A stretch of DNA of 62,172 bases, counting the filler, from Sphacelaria rigidula (lineage: Eukaryota): the NCBI GenBank assembly GCA_964200075.2. It is 11 parts of 11 records of this genome, joined end to end, with 100 filler letters (N's around TTAATTAATTAA, not from the genome) between each part and the next. Parts side by side here need not be neighbours in the genome. Positions count along the whole stretch, not along the records: positions 1 to 5,562 come from CAXNAA020026317.1; positions 5,663 to 11,224 come from CAXNAA020026318.1; positions 11,325 to 16,886 come from CAXNAA020026319.1; 8 more parts are not named here. One strand, written 5' to 3'. How positions within the stretch are numbered: the first letter of the stretch is position 1; each line of letters starts with the position of its first letter. This document shows, piece after piece, positions 1 to 11,948 of this stretch. The position numbers and the translations under genes were made by a program. The notes below the pieces were generated by a model. The model was not told the DNA's origin, did not search any database, and saw only the letters and a program-made list of their open reading frames with translations.

Positions 1-624
1 AGGGTTAGCTGCTCTATTTCATGTCCATGACCGGGCTGTGTTATAGTAGCTTAAATAAAAAGGAGGGCTAGCTTCTCTATTTCATGTCTACGGGGGGGGG
101 AAAACCAAGTGTTGGAGAATTACTTGAAAATCATTAGTGACTAGAGAATTACTGGCAGAATCCCTTCTCGTCCGTCCATCGAAAATAAGCATGCTCCACC
201 GTGTTGAGAGCTACTCCATCGTGTTCAGAGCTGCGTTTGCCCCCCAAAGAGCGTTTTCTCGACCCTTAGGCACGTCCAAAATACAGCTGTCCAAGATGAC
301 CTGCCGACTTTTCTACTCGTCCAAAATTGGGAGCATAACTGCAAAAACATACGGTCAATCACACGATCAACCATCCCGGAGCATCGACTACAACTGAACC
401 CAATGCTGTCTGAATGCTCCCCCACTCCTCACCCCTTCCCCTCCTTGGTGAGACACCCACGAGACCTTGTAACCCGTTGCTGAAGTGGCAACACCAGAAA
501 ATGAAGCAACTCATTCGAGGCTGTCATCCATACGTAAGATAATCAGTAGGCTTCGGGCCCAATAATCTTAGCACGATGCAGCTCACCCCTCGTGCGACTC
601 GCCGAACACACCACGGCGCTTCGT

Positions 625-747
625 GCTTGGTGATTAACTGCGAGCGTGGTCAGGCGACAACCCGGCGTGCTCCGTCCCGGCTTTGTAGGGATGCGAGGTC
701 GATGGTTATATGAATGACTACGGAATACATGATCATGAATACACCCC
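625..747 (+). mobile_element. Isolated LINE-like 3' tail fragment
   Basis: Aligns with 56613-56730 (cccggcgtgctccgt...tttgtagggatgcgaggtc) and resembles the reverse complement of the LINE end at about 1905-1960 (agggatgcggggtcaatggtcgaatgactaaggc). Confidence 0.6.
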
Positions 748-831
748 TCCCGTCAAACCGTCGTTGCGGTGAAGCGCACCTTATGCAAATGCTCTTCAGC
801 TAAAGCTACAGCAGCCGAGCAAGTACCGCAC

Positions 832-981
832 CTTCATCAAAGAGCACGCCACGGTGTTGAGGGCTCCGCTGGCCTCCACAATAGAATCGTGCCCGGCGAG
901 GGCTTCGAACTTGTTGGGAGCGGTGATGAAGGGCAACCCTGTTTCCTCGGAAATAAGCGCAGCGATTTCTGCATCGTATCC
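832..981 (-). CDS. fumC: Internal exon of class II fumarate hydratase
   Basis: 150 nt, phase 0/0: [50 protein letters not shown], matching the fumarase motif [19 protein letters not shown]. Polypyrimidine tract, ctaat and CAG acceptor; AAG|gtgcgg donor. Confidence 0.95.
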
Positions 982-1042
982 CTGGCGTGATTAGAAAAAA
1001 AGAAGAGAAAAAAAATCCAATCCCGGCGAAGCACAACACACA

Positions 1043-1873
1043 TGGTGACACCGGGGAGAGGGCGAGCGTGAAAAAACAAATGGGGCAAAAACAAAAGCAA
1101 CGAACCAAAAAAAACAGCAATCACAAAAACCCAAGGAGACGTGAGTCAGTGAGAGCGGTAAAGTGAGCAGCAGAGTGATCAGTCATATAAAACCCAGGTA
1201 GACAGGATGAAGGAGGGTATTGGTAAGGGGAACTAAAATTGATCATAATGTCATTGATGTTACTCATAGTGATAACTTTTACGATCGCGTTGCCGCACAT
1301 CAACTGATTCGTTGCTGGTTGCGAACACAGCGACGGTCGAAAGATGGGCATGAGATGGGCATGCCAACCGTCAAGTAATGGCAATACACGCTGAAAAAGG
1401 CAAGACAAAATACACCTGGTGACACCGTGGACAGGACGAGTTGAAAAACCAAATGGGGCAAAGTAACCAGCAACGGAAAAAAAAAAAACGACAATCAGGA
1501 AAAGTGCACAGATGGAGGGTACACCCAAAAGACAAGGAGACATGATTCAGTAATAGCCGTGAAGTGAGCAGCAACGCAATCTATTTTATGTTATGATACC
1601 CAGGCATCCTCAACGCTTATCGGCGCGAGCTTGATTGCTCGGAACGCTATCGCGGGGTGACGGTCCTGCGGATAGTTAGGGGGGTAAGGTGGGGTTACTG
1701 GTAAAGAGAGCCAACATTTTTTGATATTATTCATGCTACTGATAGTATTGATCTTGTATGTTGCCGCACATTATTTGATCCGTTGCGCGTTGCAAACACA
1801 GCGACGCGACGGTCGTAAGATAGGCATGCTAATCGCCAAGTAATGGCAATACACGCTGAAAAACTTCAAGAAG
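1043..1873 (+). repeat. Diverged two-unit tandem duplication
   Basis: About 1043-1417 aligns with about 1418-1873; shared blocks include ggtgacaccg, aaatggggcaaa, aagtgagcagca, gttgccgcacat and caagtaatggcaatacacgctgaaaaa. Confidence 0.75.
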
Positions 1874-1904
1874 GGCGGGCGCGGGGGGGGAAGGGGGGGG
1901 GGGG

Positions 1905-4900
1905 GTACTCATTTTTTTTTTTGCCTTAGTCATTCGACCATTGACCCCGCATCCCTGTCGGAAAGGAGCGCCCTTCCTACCCTTAATAGAGACACCTTCA
2001 ACATTTGGGCTCTCACTACGTTTTGCCATACATTACACAAAAACCCATTCACAAATATCACCCCCTTCCTGTCTCGCCGTCTGGGGCCACCATCTATCTC
2101 CTGGTATAGCCATCGTTTTCTCGCTACTGTCTAATGCGTCAAACGACTCCATGCCACGTTCGTGTACTTGTCACATTTTCCCCTGTAGCACGTCCCGTTC
2201 CTCCTCGTACAGTTCACATTCTGCCTCTACATGAGTCCTACCCCCTATTGCTTTGCCACAGGGGCGCTTCTGTGCATCTACGTTCTCCTCCACTCGACTG
2301 CTGGTATAATATCTTTCTTCATTCTGGCAGGTCCAGATCCCCCACCCGAAATCGCACCTTCAATTCTTTTGCAAAGTCCGTTGGGCCGTGCAGGTGTGTT
2401 TTGATCGCTTTCCATTTTCTCAACCCCCCTAATATCTTCAGGTGCTCTTCCTCGTCTACTTCCTGCCTTGGCGCTTGTCCTCCCCTTATTTTTACCCTAC
2501 ATGTTACCTTTACCTTGTACTCACATTAAACCAGAGGCATCTCCTCGTCTTGATTTTCTACCTCCTTCTATACTGTGACTACACCATTCCACGTTATTCC
2601 TTGTTCCAGCCTACCTTTTCTTTACAGTACTTCCTTACACACAGCCTTATCAACTATGGCTGGCAATCTGTTGCCTTTAATTTTCCCTCACGCTATATTG
2701 CTATTTCAGATTTCTCATGTCTCTGTTTATTTTAAATGAGTACATTCCCAATTCTGTCCTCAACACTGCATTGCTCGTCGTTTTTTATCTTCACCAACTT
2801 TTTTAGCCGCTGCCATCTGTATTGTTCCCTACTTCTTCACCAACTTCACGTTCCCCTCCCATACTTCTCCTGCATATTCCAGCTTTCGTACATACACGTT
2901 CATCAGGATGCATCTCTTAATTCTAGCGTCTAGGCGCGAGTCTCTGAGGATTACGACCACTCTGCCTATCTTTGCCTTACTCTTTTCTATTACTTCATCA
3001 ATGTGTGCAACCTAAGAACAGTTTTTGTAAGATCTCTACACCAAGGTATGTATACTGGTCTACGATCGGCAATCCCTCTTCTTCCCACTCCCATTTGAAT
3101 TCTGCCGGATTTTTCTTATCTTCGTTACATACAAGTACCACGCATTTATCAACGTTCGCTGTCACTCTCCATTTCCTAGTGTATCCTAGCGCCTTGTCTA
3201 TCTGTTTTCGCGATCCTTGCAGTGTTTCTGAAATCCCACGAAATCATCCGCGAACATCAATCATCTTACTGCATCTTCCCCCACCTTGACTCCTTGCTTC
3301 GTCGTTTCTATTGCTAGTATCATGTCATTAACAAACCCCTTGACTAATGTGGGTGATAACGTACATCCTCGTGAAACTCCATGTGAAATATAAAAATAAT
3401 CTGGCATCATAGCACTTTTGGCACATTCTGTCATATCCACCATTCTCCACGATTTTCCTCTGATCTCACTTTCCCACAACTCTTTCCAGAGATCGTTTCT
3501 CCGTACTGTGCCATGGGCGTTCTGTACATCTAGAAAGAAACAGTATGTTGTTAACCAGGGGTCTTTCCTACCTTGAATTATCAAACCTGATGTGTACACA
3601 TGATCTCGGCGACTAAGTTTTGGTCCGAACCCTGCTTACCCCTTGCTGAGTATTTCCTCCTTCTCTAGCATTGTTCCCCCACTATCTTTCAGAATCTTAC
3701 AGACAGTTTCTGTTCCCCACCGTGCTCGGTAGTGTTATCCCTTCATAATTCCCTGGTTCATCCTTTTCTTTTTCTTTTCAAAAGGTTTACTGCTCCCCCT
3801 CCACTTCACCTCTTTGTGTGTACTCGTTTTCCCAGGTCCAATAAGACAAGTCAACCATCATGGTAATCACTCCCTCTTCTTCATACGCCATGAACTATTC
3901 AAGTGTTTCGCCTGCCCCTGCTGTCTTTCTGTTCTTGAGTTTAGCTACATACTCCTTCACTTCTTCTCTTTTAAACGCTCTCTACAACTCTTGCGAACCG
4001 CCACCTTCCCGTTTTGACGCCCCTACATTTGCCTCGGCCCACGCGCTCAGTTCTTTCTCGAATTCCGCGTCGAACCTCTCGTTAGTTGTTGGTGTTCCTA
4101 GTTTTCGGTTGTGCTCCACTGGAACCTCTCTCTTTCACTTGGAACGACTAACCATTTTACCGCTCTGCGCTCTCAGTGTGACTATCCCCTTGTCTGTCTC
4201 TCTCATCTGTTTGCCCAGAATCACTTTATTCGTACCCAAATTAACTTCATTCCACTATCGAAAGCCTCATCATTTGTTTCATGAATTATATCTTTCCATA
4301 ACCACATCTCTTTCTTCTTCACCATAATATTTTACATATTTTCCAGCGTTAGCGTACTCCTCCCACCCTACTGTAGTGTTTCTCGATGTATACCTTGAGT
4401 GGGCCTCTCTCGTTACTTTTTTAGCATCCTCTACTTCCTCATCCCACCGTTTTACTGCTCGGTTGAAGACGAGAACTTTCTTCCCCATGGCTTTAGCTGC
4501 GATGATCCTGACCCATTGCTTCCCACACTCCATCATCTTCGTGCCTGCCCGATCCCTTTCCATTCCGATATTAACTGTACTTACGCTTTTCACCAGCTCG
4601 GAAAATTTCACTGCGTTTTTGATCGTCTCTTCTTGGATTCCTTGCTGTTCTTCTCTCATGTCTAGTCTGTCTATTCTCCATTTGCACAACGTTCTACCCC
4701 GCCGATTCTTTGTAGCTCTCATCTGTTGGCCGTCTGTTCATCAGGGAAATTTTGCTGCGTTTTTGGTAATCTCTTCTTTACATTTTTGCCATTGTTTATT
4801 CATGTCTAGTGTACAGTATATATTCCCCATGTGTACAACCTCCTATCCCTCCTAATCTTGATATTTCTCGTCTTTTGATTCTCTGTTCGTATTAAGCAAT

Positions 4901-5427
4901 GATCCCTAACTCCCACGTCCACTGAGCATACATGTACATTCGTTTCCTTACTATTTCCATATTGTACCCCACAATAGTCAAGAATGGAGCTTTGCATATT
5001 TCCTACCCATGCATTTCCCAGTCCATGTCTATCGCGGATAAGGCTCACTAACGGTATCGCTCGACGTCTTCATCTCGTTATTCTCAAGGAACTTCAGCAC
5101 CTCTTACCACATTCGTGTTCTTCTTCGTTTGCCCGTACTGCCCAATTTCATCATTCGGTTGAATTTTCTGCACCAACCCTTGCATCAAAAATCTTCCACT
5201 AAATTTCCCTCTCCTCTCCGTTTATACTTCTGTACACCCCCTGCTATCTCTCCAAACTCCTTCTGTACATTGTTACCGTACTCTTCGATCCTGGCGCCGT
5301 ATAAACGTTGCCCACGAAAAATTCATCGCTCTCCGCTTTCCTGGCGCCCTTATCCGTGCAGTCGTCGAGTTTCGTGTCTTTGATCACTTCTATGATGCCA
5401 CACGGGTATTCCTTGACTAAGGATCCT

Positions 5428-5430
<3 letters not shown>
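1905..5430 (-). mobile_element. Degenerate non-LTR retrotransposon (LINE, endonuclease + reverse transcriptase)
   Basis: RT motifs FFLDVQ, GVSRGCTLSPTL and LMFADDF (about 3240-3550); endonuclease remnant GGVGSLVKEY near 5410-5430; decayed C-terminal Cys/His knuckle near 2200-2280; many stops and frameshifts. Same family as 51480-53368. Confidence 0.9.
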
Positions 5431-5491
<61 letters not shown>

Positions 5492-5562
5492 CCCCTCACC
5501 CCCCCACTCACCACAAACCCCCGCCCCTCACCCACGCAATCAATCACCGAACCCCCCCCCAC

Positions 5563-5662
5563 NNNNNNNNNNNNNNNNNNNNNNNNNNNNNNNNNNNNNN
5601 NNNNNNTTAATTAATTAANNNNNNNNNNNNNNNNNNNNNNNNNNNNNNNNNNNNNNNNNNNN
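5563..5662. other. Artificial contig spacer (first of ten)
   Basis: N44-TTAATTAATTAA-N44 six-frame stop linker. The same linker is at 11225-11324, 16887-16986, 22548-22647, 28209-28308, 33870-33969, 39531-39630, 45192-45291, 50853-50952 and 56513-56612. Confidence 0.99.
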
Positions 5663-6517
5663 ATCCGGAACACTGGCTCTGACAACTCGCCCTACCATAT
5701 TTAGGTTAACACCCCCCATAGTTCACCCCCCCCCCCCCCCCCCGCCCGCACTCCGTTTCACTTCTTCATTGCCCACGGGTGTTGCTCTTGTACCTGGTAG
5801 TGGGACCTTGCGCGGTTTGCAGTCCCTTTTTGTGTTGTTCATCTATCGACGTTAGCGAAAACCAGAGACGCCCCCCTGTACACGTGAGACGAATTAAATC
5901 AAACAAGTGTGATTGGGACTTCCATACGTCTCGACCCGCTGTCTAATAACTTCGGGCTAGTCAACCCGGACCGCCATCACGGGCCTGTCACCCTGGGAAC
6001 GTTATCCTCCGATCCCCAGTCTGGACTCGTCATACTCTCGTCTGGGAAGCACCCTGTTCAGGTGCCCCCCATACGTTTACTTCGTCGTCCAACCTCGAGG
6101 CTTGCCTTGCAAAGCTCGTCCGGTTCAAGTCCACGTCGCGTCTCTACACGCTCCGTATCCTTTCACCGAGTGAGAAGCTACGACCTACACACCGCCACTT
6201 TCCGGGCTACATAAGTCACGCCCGATATCTGCAGGCCTGTCTTATACAACCAAGCAAGCAAGAAATTCATCAATCGCACTGCCTAGCGAAAAGAGAAAAG
6301 GCAAGCATGATTTCGTTCTCTCCCTTCAAGCTGATCCACCATGAGTACAGCCGTGTCACAAGATGGGCGTAACCAAGATGGGACAACAGGAGCTCTCGCT
6401 GAAGGAAACTCGAGACAGAAGAGAGAAAACTCACGCGCAACGAGCTTCAACAAAATCAACTGAAAGATACGGCAGACTAGGAGCTGTGCGAGCCGAGAAG
6501 CGAATTTGTAGTTTGCA

Positions 6518-6796
6518 GGCCTATTGTACGACCAATATTTAGAGTTGGACCCTGAAATTTGGTCTAGACGATGACTAGATCATAAAAAATACAAATACCA
6601 GTGCCCACAAAAGTTTTTTTAATTTGTTTTGATCAGTTGAGGGCAATAATCAGTTTCAGTAAAATGACCTTAACTCATGGGGAAAATATTTTAAAAAAAG
6701 CTCTTGTGTGCACTAGTAATTGTTTTTATTATGACCTATTCATTGTCCACGCCAAATTTCAGGATCCAACTCTAGATGTTGGCCGTACAATGAGCC
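6518..6796. mobile_element. Foldback/MITE-like element
   Basis: Imperfect inverted arms of about 125 bp (attgtacgaccaatatttagagttggaccctgaaatttgg vs ccaaatttcaggatccaactctagatgttggccgtacaat). No clear TSD. Confidence 0.8.
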
Positions 6797-9776
6797 GTTT
6801 AGTGGGGTGGTGAGAAGAAATTCGAATAGTATTTCGTAGGCCACTTCCTGGCCCACGTTTGATGTTTGTGTATTGAAACTTTGTGTGGGTCGTGGCTGGT
6901 GCATAATTGACGGAACAACGTGGGTCAGACTGTTTTTTTCTGATTTTTTCACCGGTTTAGGGCGTTGTAGGATGGAAACCACCATTTGTTTTCGAGTACG
7001 CCCTAACCTCTCCCGAAAAAAAAGCTGAGAGCCCATTTGTTTTCTTCAGCGTAGCTCTGTGGTTCTTTTTTCTGAGTTTCAAATCACAATTCTAAAAATT
7101 AAGGCGAAAATTTGAGATGGAGGCCGAAAAGCGGTGTTCATTCCTCCTCAGAACTGCCCCCAAAACCCGAAAAAAAGTACAGAAAAAAAAAAGCTGTGTT
7201 TTCAAACTTTATTATGCACTAGCGGTTCTCCACACGATATTTCATAGCATAACTCTGGAAAACTGAGACGGGATATCCAGGTTTTGTTTATCTGGTGCAT
7301 CTGCGCGTAATATACTGCACTGATTTTAGTATGAAAACTTATGTGCCCCATATCTCGAGATAGATTACGAATTAGGTGATGGTGAGAGTATTTACCGTCT
7401 CCCCGTGCTCCAGGGAATGTCGACACCACAAATCGTCATCATCCGCTGAATGCATCGATCGGGGGTTTCATAGAGATTCAAGTATAGACGCTATCTCCGT
7501 TAGGTATAGGAATTACTAGACATGGGGTTTAATCAACGGGAAAATATGGGCCCAAACTTTTGAGCAGATGTGTACCTTCTCTTTAGTTAGACTATTAATA
7601 CAATATGCGGATCATGGCCCAACTCGTCCGTGTCGACGAGATATTGCTTCGAGAGCTTAAATACGTGTCTAGGCTGGCCCAGCTCGTAGGACTGGTGGAG
7701 CTAGAGGGACCCCTGGCAGCCCACAGCCGGGGGTTCTTGTATCAGTTCGCACCAAAAAATGAAGTTGTGGGAGCAGGTTGCAACTCTTCTATCTGAAGAC
7801 CGCTGTGTTGGTACGGACATAACATCTGAGTGAGAGTAGGGTATGTTTCAAATCCAATGCACATCCTTCTGTCATCGTCTGACACTACGAAAGAGAAATT
7901 CGCCAGATATCAAACACCTGCGATATCAGCCTGCCCAAGTATTGGTCTGTCCGGTTTTATATACATTGTCGCTCATTTGGTTTGAACGTTTCAGACGTAT
8001 GTCAATGCTGATGCAATTCCTGAAATGGTAGATTCGAGGATGAAGGCGTCGCGACAGATTTTTCAGGGTAATGCTGTTTTCCCGGTCTTGTAGTTCTTCA
8101 GCGCACGTGAAGTCATTCTGGATGTAGGGAAAGGTGCGTTTTTCCATGAACGCCTTGAGAAGTTGCGGCACTCAAGCCCTCTTCCAAGGCGACGCTCCTC
8201 GACATTTCCAGATCTCGAAAACGGGCGCCCCCGACAATCAGCATCGCTACTTGTTGCATGCAGTTTGACAGCAGCATGGCCCGAAACTGAAACAATCACG
8301 CCTGCACTGCACTCTAGATAGTGGCTTCGCTGTTTTTGGAGTTGGCCATCGTCATGTTGGGCGCGCGTACTGCTGTTATGACAACATAAGATGGAGTGTG
8401 GAATCACTCGATCTATTGATTCATGTATTGATGGTCGCACTACCTCAACTAATCCATGGGGGACCGAGGCGTGGTCACGAGATAGACGTACTCAAGGCGA
8501 ACAAAACGGAAACGCTCTCTAATAAAGAAAAAACACTGCAGAAAGAAAAAAAAAAGAAAAAATGGGGTTAATCGAGAAATGGGCATAAACAAGCAAACAA
8601 AGCCTCCAATGATGCCAAGCAGAACGAAACAAGGAACGGAAGGGAGAATATGTAGCACGTATTGTAAATACAGAATGTCATAGGGCGATTGTATATCTCA
8701 GGGTTTTTTTCCTAAAGTGGAACATGGGAAGCCCATGGAAGGCGTTTAAAACCAAATCTCTGAAACGGGCTTTGGCAGAGCATGGGGAGGGGGGAGTCAT
8801 TTTTGTTTTTTTCGTGCGAGAGCGGGAAAAAAATGCTAGCGTGTTATTACGACGGGAATCGAACGGAGGAGAGCTCGAAGGACAAACATATGTGTCAAAC
8901 CAATCCACGACTCCTGCATCGCGGTCGCATTTTTATCCTCTTGTTTCGAGAAGATCAAGTGAACATGTGGGTAGGAGTGCAGCCCTAGTTATTCAAAGTT
9001 GGAGTCCCATCCCAGGCGCAGGCTGTTGGTGCAGACACATCAACGTTCTGAAATCGTATAGGGATTGCTTACTCTCTTGTGCTGTACTACTACCGAAATG
9101 CGCTACACCCTACCTCCCTTCCCTACTTGTCGGATTGAGTCAACAGTCTCAAGCGATCAACCCATCTCTCGCAAGGTACCCGCCTCGCGCTGTGTTGTCG
9201 CAGATCGTACCAGCACTGCTGCAGCCCGCTAAACGTCTACGGAGCTGTGTTGCCGAACAACTCTCGATCTCACGCTTTCGGACGACGAAAACCAGAAAAG
9301 AGACTACAGTCTGGGTGTCATCCTCCAGAATTTGCCCAGGTTACTCTTAATACTGTATACCATTCAACAGCGGCGCGGCTGCTAAAACGGAAGCCATGTA
9401 TTCATGAACAGGTACAAAAGCGCCGTTGTGGCCGAAAACAGTTCTCATCCGTTTGCTCAAAGTATCAGGGCCTGGATAGAGTTGTACGGATCAGATATAT
9501 ACTACCATCGTTGGCTGGACCGGGTGCTCGGTCAAGCCGGATGTAGACAAATCCTTGCAGGTTAGGTTCTACTTGGGACATGTCTTCTCCTGTGGTCTCA
9601 GATGATGATGAACTGGAGTTTTATACGCGTTTGGTTGAAAAAATATAGGGATAACATACTTTCGCGAATCTGTCGGTGATACTGCTGTGCCCTTTCCTGC
9701 CGAGCCAATCCCGAATCGACCGAATTGAAATATCAAATTAATCAAGTCATGCTAAAATCGGTCGAACCTGTTGCAG

Positions 9777-9842
9777 GCGTGCAGAGGTGCCGGGTGCTTC
9801 TATCTGGAAAACCACGGCATTCCGGCAGAGTTGATGCGCCAG
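9777..9842 (+). CDS. Exon of 2-oxoglutarate/Fe(II)-dependent dioxygenase (IPNS-like, DIOX_N region)
   Basis: ttgcag| ACRGAGCFYLENHGIPAELMRQ |gtgagc; matches the family motif AC...GFFYxxNHGI; phase 0/0. Confidence 0.9.
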
Positions 9843-10194
9843 GTGAGCCGTTCGGGAACGCCTCGCGACGTTGAGTACGAAATACTACGGTCCAGTCATT
9901 TCTTGAGACGAGCCAGCAAGGAAAGATTTTTTGTCTTTCATGGAAAAGAGTCGTGATTCCCCCCCCGTCCCCTTTACAGGACAAGGGTTAGGTACAAGAG
10001 TAGTGTAACGAAGCAGGGTTCGAATCAGTCTCGTCGGGGAGCGGTTAGTGAGATCACGGTGGAGTTCATGCGATAAAATGGTGTTTTTACTGGACTGTAT
10101 ATATACAAGGGTTTCGGCGGCTTCGCCGCCAAGATCAGTAGATCGACAGCCAAGATACGTGAGCACCGGTTACCAGTAGAGTTTACCCCTTGCT

Positions 10195-10420
10195 AGGTGT
10201 TTGATTTTGGTGTGCTGTAGATCCGGATCTTTAGTGAGGGTGCTGTGCTCCTAGCGTGCGCACAACGCGTATTTGTCTAAATCGACGCCTGGGGCGCCGA
10301 TTTTAGGTCTCCCAACGCAAAATTCGTCTAGGGATCCTTTGCACCCCTGTTGCCCGAGAGTTCTCGGTATGCCTTCGTTGGAGTTGAGGTAAGGGTAAGG
10401 GTGACGGTTGGAGTTAGTGT
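10195..10420 (-). mobile_element. Copy of MITE family carrying telomere-like hexamers (intronic)
   Basis: Shares ctcggtatgcctt followed by gggtaa/gggtta-like repeats with copies at about 20732-20945, 21480-21705, 36700-36850, 38750-38990, 42507-42807 and 49570-49790. Confidence 0.7.
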
Positions 10421-10540
10421 TGGGGGAGAATCGATGTACAGTGCTGTCCCGTGTGCGTACTGTGGCAATTCATAATTGCTCCCAACCTGTGCTGTTTACT
10501 CGATGCTCCCACTCCCCGGTTCGTTTCGAATCTGTCTCAG

Positions 10541-10681
10541 GTGTTTCAGCAATCCAAGGCGTTTTTCTCGTTGACAGTCGAGCAGAAGTTGACGGTGCTT
10601 ATGGACAGCAAGGAACGGGGATACAACCCCATGTCCAAGGAAATCTTGGACCCCGACAAACAGAGCAAGGGAGACACAAGG
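10541..10681 (+). CDS. Next exon of the 2OG/Fe(II) dioxygenase
   Basis: tctcag| VFQQSKAFFSLTVEQKLTVLMDSKERGYNPMSKEILDPDKQSKGDTR |gtaata; matches FFxLxxExK...RGY...ExLD...GDxK/R and joins the 9777-9842 exon in frame. Confidence 0.92.
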
Positions 10682-11109
10682 GTAATAAACAATCACCTAT
10701 GTTTTTTCAAGGTCCAAGGTCTCATCCCTTATTTGATTTTGTTTCTTTGCTCCCCGGCTTCTTTTGAGTCGTTTTTTCTGCTGTTTCGTTTATTCCGTTC
10801 GTTCAATTCTCCTTCGTCTATTTTTTCGGGTTTCGTCAGCGAGTGTTTCTGTTCTTGTTCTCCTCGGATATGTGTTTTCTTGTGACGACGGCTGAGTCCT
10901 TCGGGAAACTCAATATACAACAATTTATCGATAGATGGATCAATCAAGGTTGTTGCCCCGGATGGGACGTAGCCCGTCTGACTTGCGCGAGGTAGGCGAG
11001 GTAGTGCAGAGGAGAATAGGAGGCGGGGGGCTATGTTTCCGTCCAAGGCCCCACAAACAGAAGCTCTTGAAAGGCGATTATTTTTGTTTTTCCTTACACT
11101 TTGAATCCC

Positions 11110-11224
11110 TGCCCTTCCTCGGGATGAGTCCGTGGTCTCAAGGGATCAACCCATTTCTCCCCCGGTACGCGCCTTTCATTTTGGTTTCGCGGAATGGGTT
11201 ATGACTATCAGCACTCCCGCACCG
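11110..11224 (-). mobile_element. SINE/LINE 3' tail fragment
   Basis: Reverse complement matches the 3' part of the SINE at 30242-30520 (gagtccgtggtctc...gggatcaa...ccccggtacgcgcctttc). Confidence 0.75.
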
Positions 11225-11324
11225 NNNNNNNNNNNNNNNNNNNNNNNNNNNNNNNNNNNNNNNNNNNNTTAATTAATTAANNNNNNNNNNNNNNNNNNNN
11301 NNNNNNNNNNNNNNNNNNNNNNNN

Positions 11325-11938
11325 CTCACGCAAGTCTCGTCACGTGTTTGAAGTCCTAAGACTTCTTTTCCTGACCGTACCTGGCCAAGCGTGGAACAAG
11401 CAATCCTCGCTGGCTCCACCAGGCAGTAATTGCGCCACTTCTTCTGGAACGCGCACGGGCTCGCCAGCTGTCGATCAATCCCCCGCACGAGCGATACCAC
11501 AACCGCAATCAACGCCTCAGAACCTCCTCGGCTCTACTTATCTAACTCCTCGCGACGTTAACACGCCTTGAGCTGGTCTTGTTTGCTGCAAACTGATCAG
11601 GCCTGAAGACTTCCCTATCTCGATGTGTCAGCTGCTTTTTTACCACCTCAGCGGACTTAATGAGCGTTCATTACGGACTTCTGTCACTCAAGATCAGATC
11701 GCCATGTAAACTCCTCCCATCACGGGCACATGGATTTCAGGAGCTTTAGATATATATGTATTAACCCTCAGAATAGTTCAGGAAAACATAACCATAGCCT
11801 CTATCCACCAGAGCAGCAAACACCAAGCCTTACGTCACGGAGGTCACCCATCACAGAGTCCGGCAATCAGACCTGCAACTCCACCTACACAATGTCCCCA
11901 ACCTTAGGTAACAATGGTGGTGGTGGCTAGAGTCTACA
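11325..11938 (-). mobile_element. LTR of retrotransposon, reverse copy cut by the contig start
   Basis: Diverged inverted copy of 11949-12575; on the minus strand it starts TGTAGACTCTA at 11938. Confidence 0.7.
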
Positions 11939-11948
11939 GCTTGCGACG

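Noticed and set aside
5308..5562. Poly-Pro and poly-Gly ORFs here and at about 17260-17514 and 59257-59604
   Set aside because: They are translations of C/G homopolymers next to gaps.
5607..5618. TTAATTAATTAA recurring about every 5.66 kb as a possible biological periodic repeat
   Set aside because: Always embedded in N44 blocks; it is a contig-joining linker.
7600..8440. Coding-looking segment on the minus strand
   Set aside because: Short broken frames, no recognised motif and no convincing splice sites.
8724..9350. 208-aa ORF, and TLDLTLSDDENQK in another frame as a possible first exon of the dioxygenase
   Set aside because: The ORF crosses a SINE-tail remnant near 9150-9190; the alternative frame lacks a start or good acceptor and a phase-0 donor.
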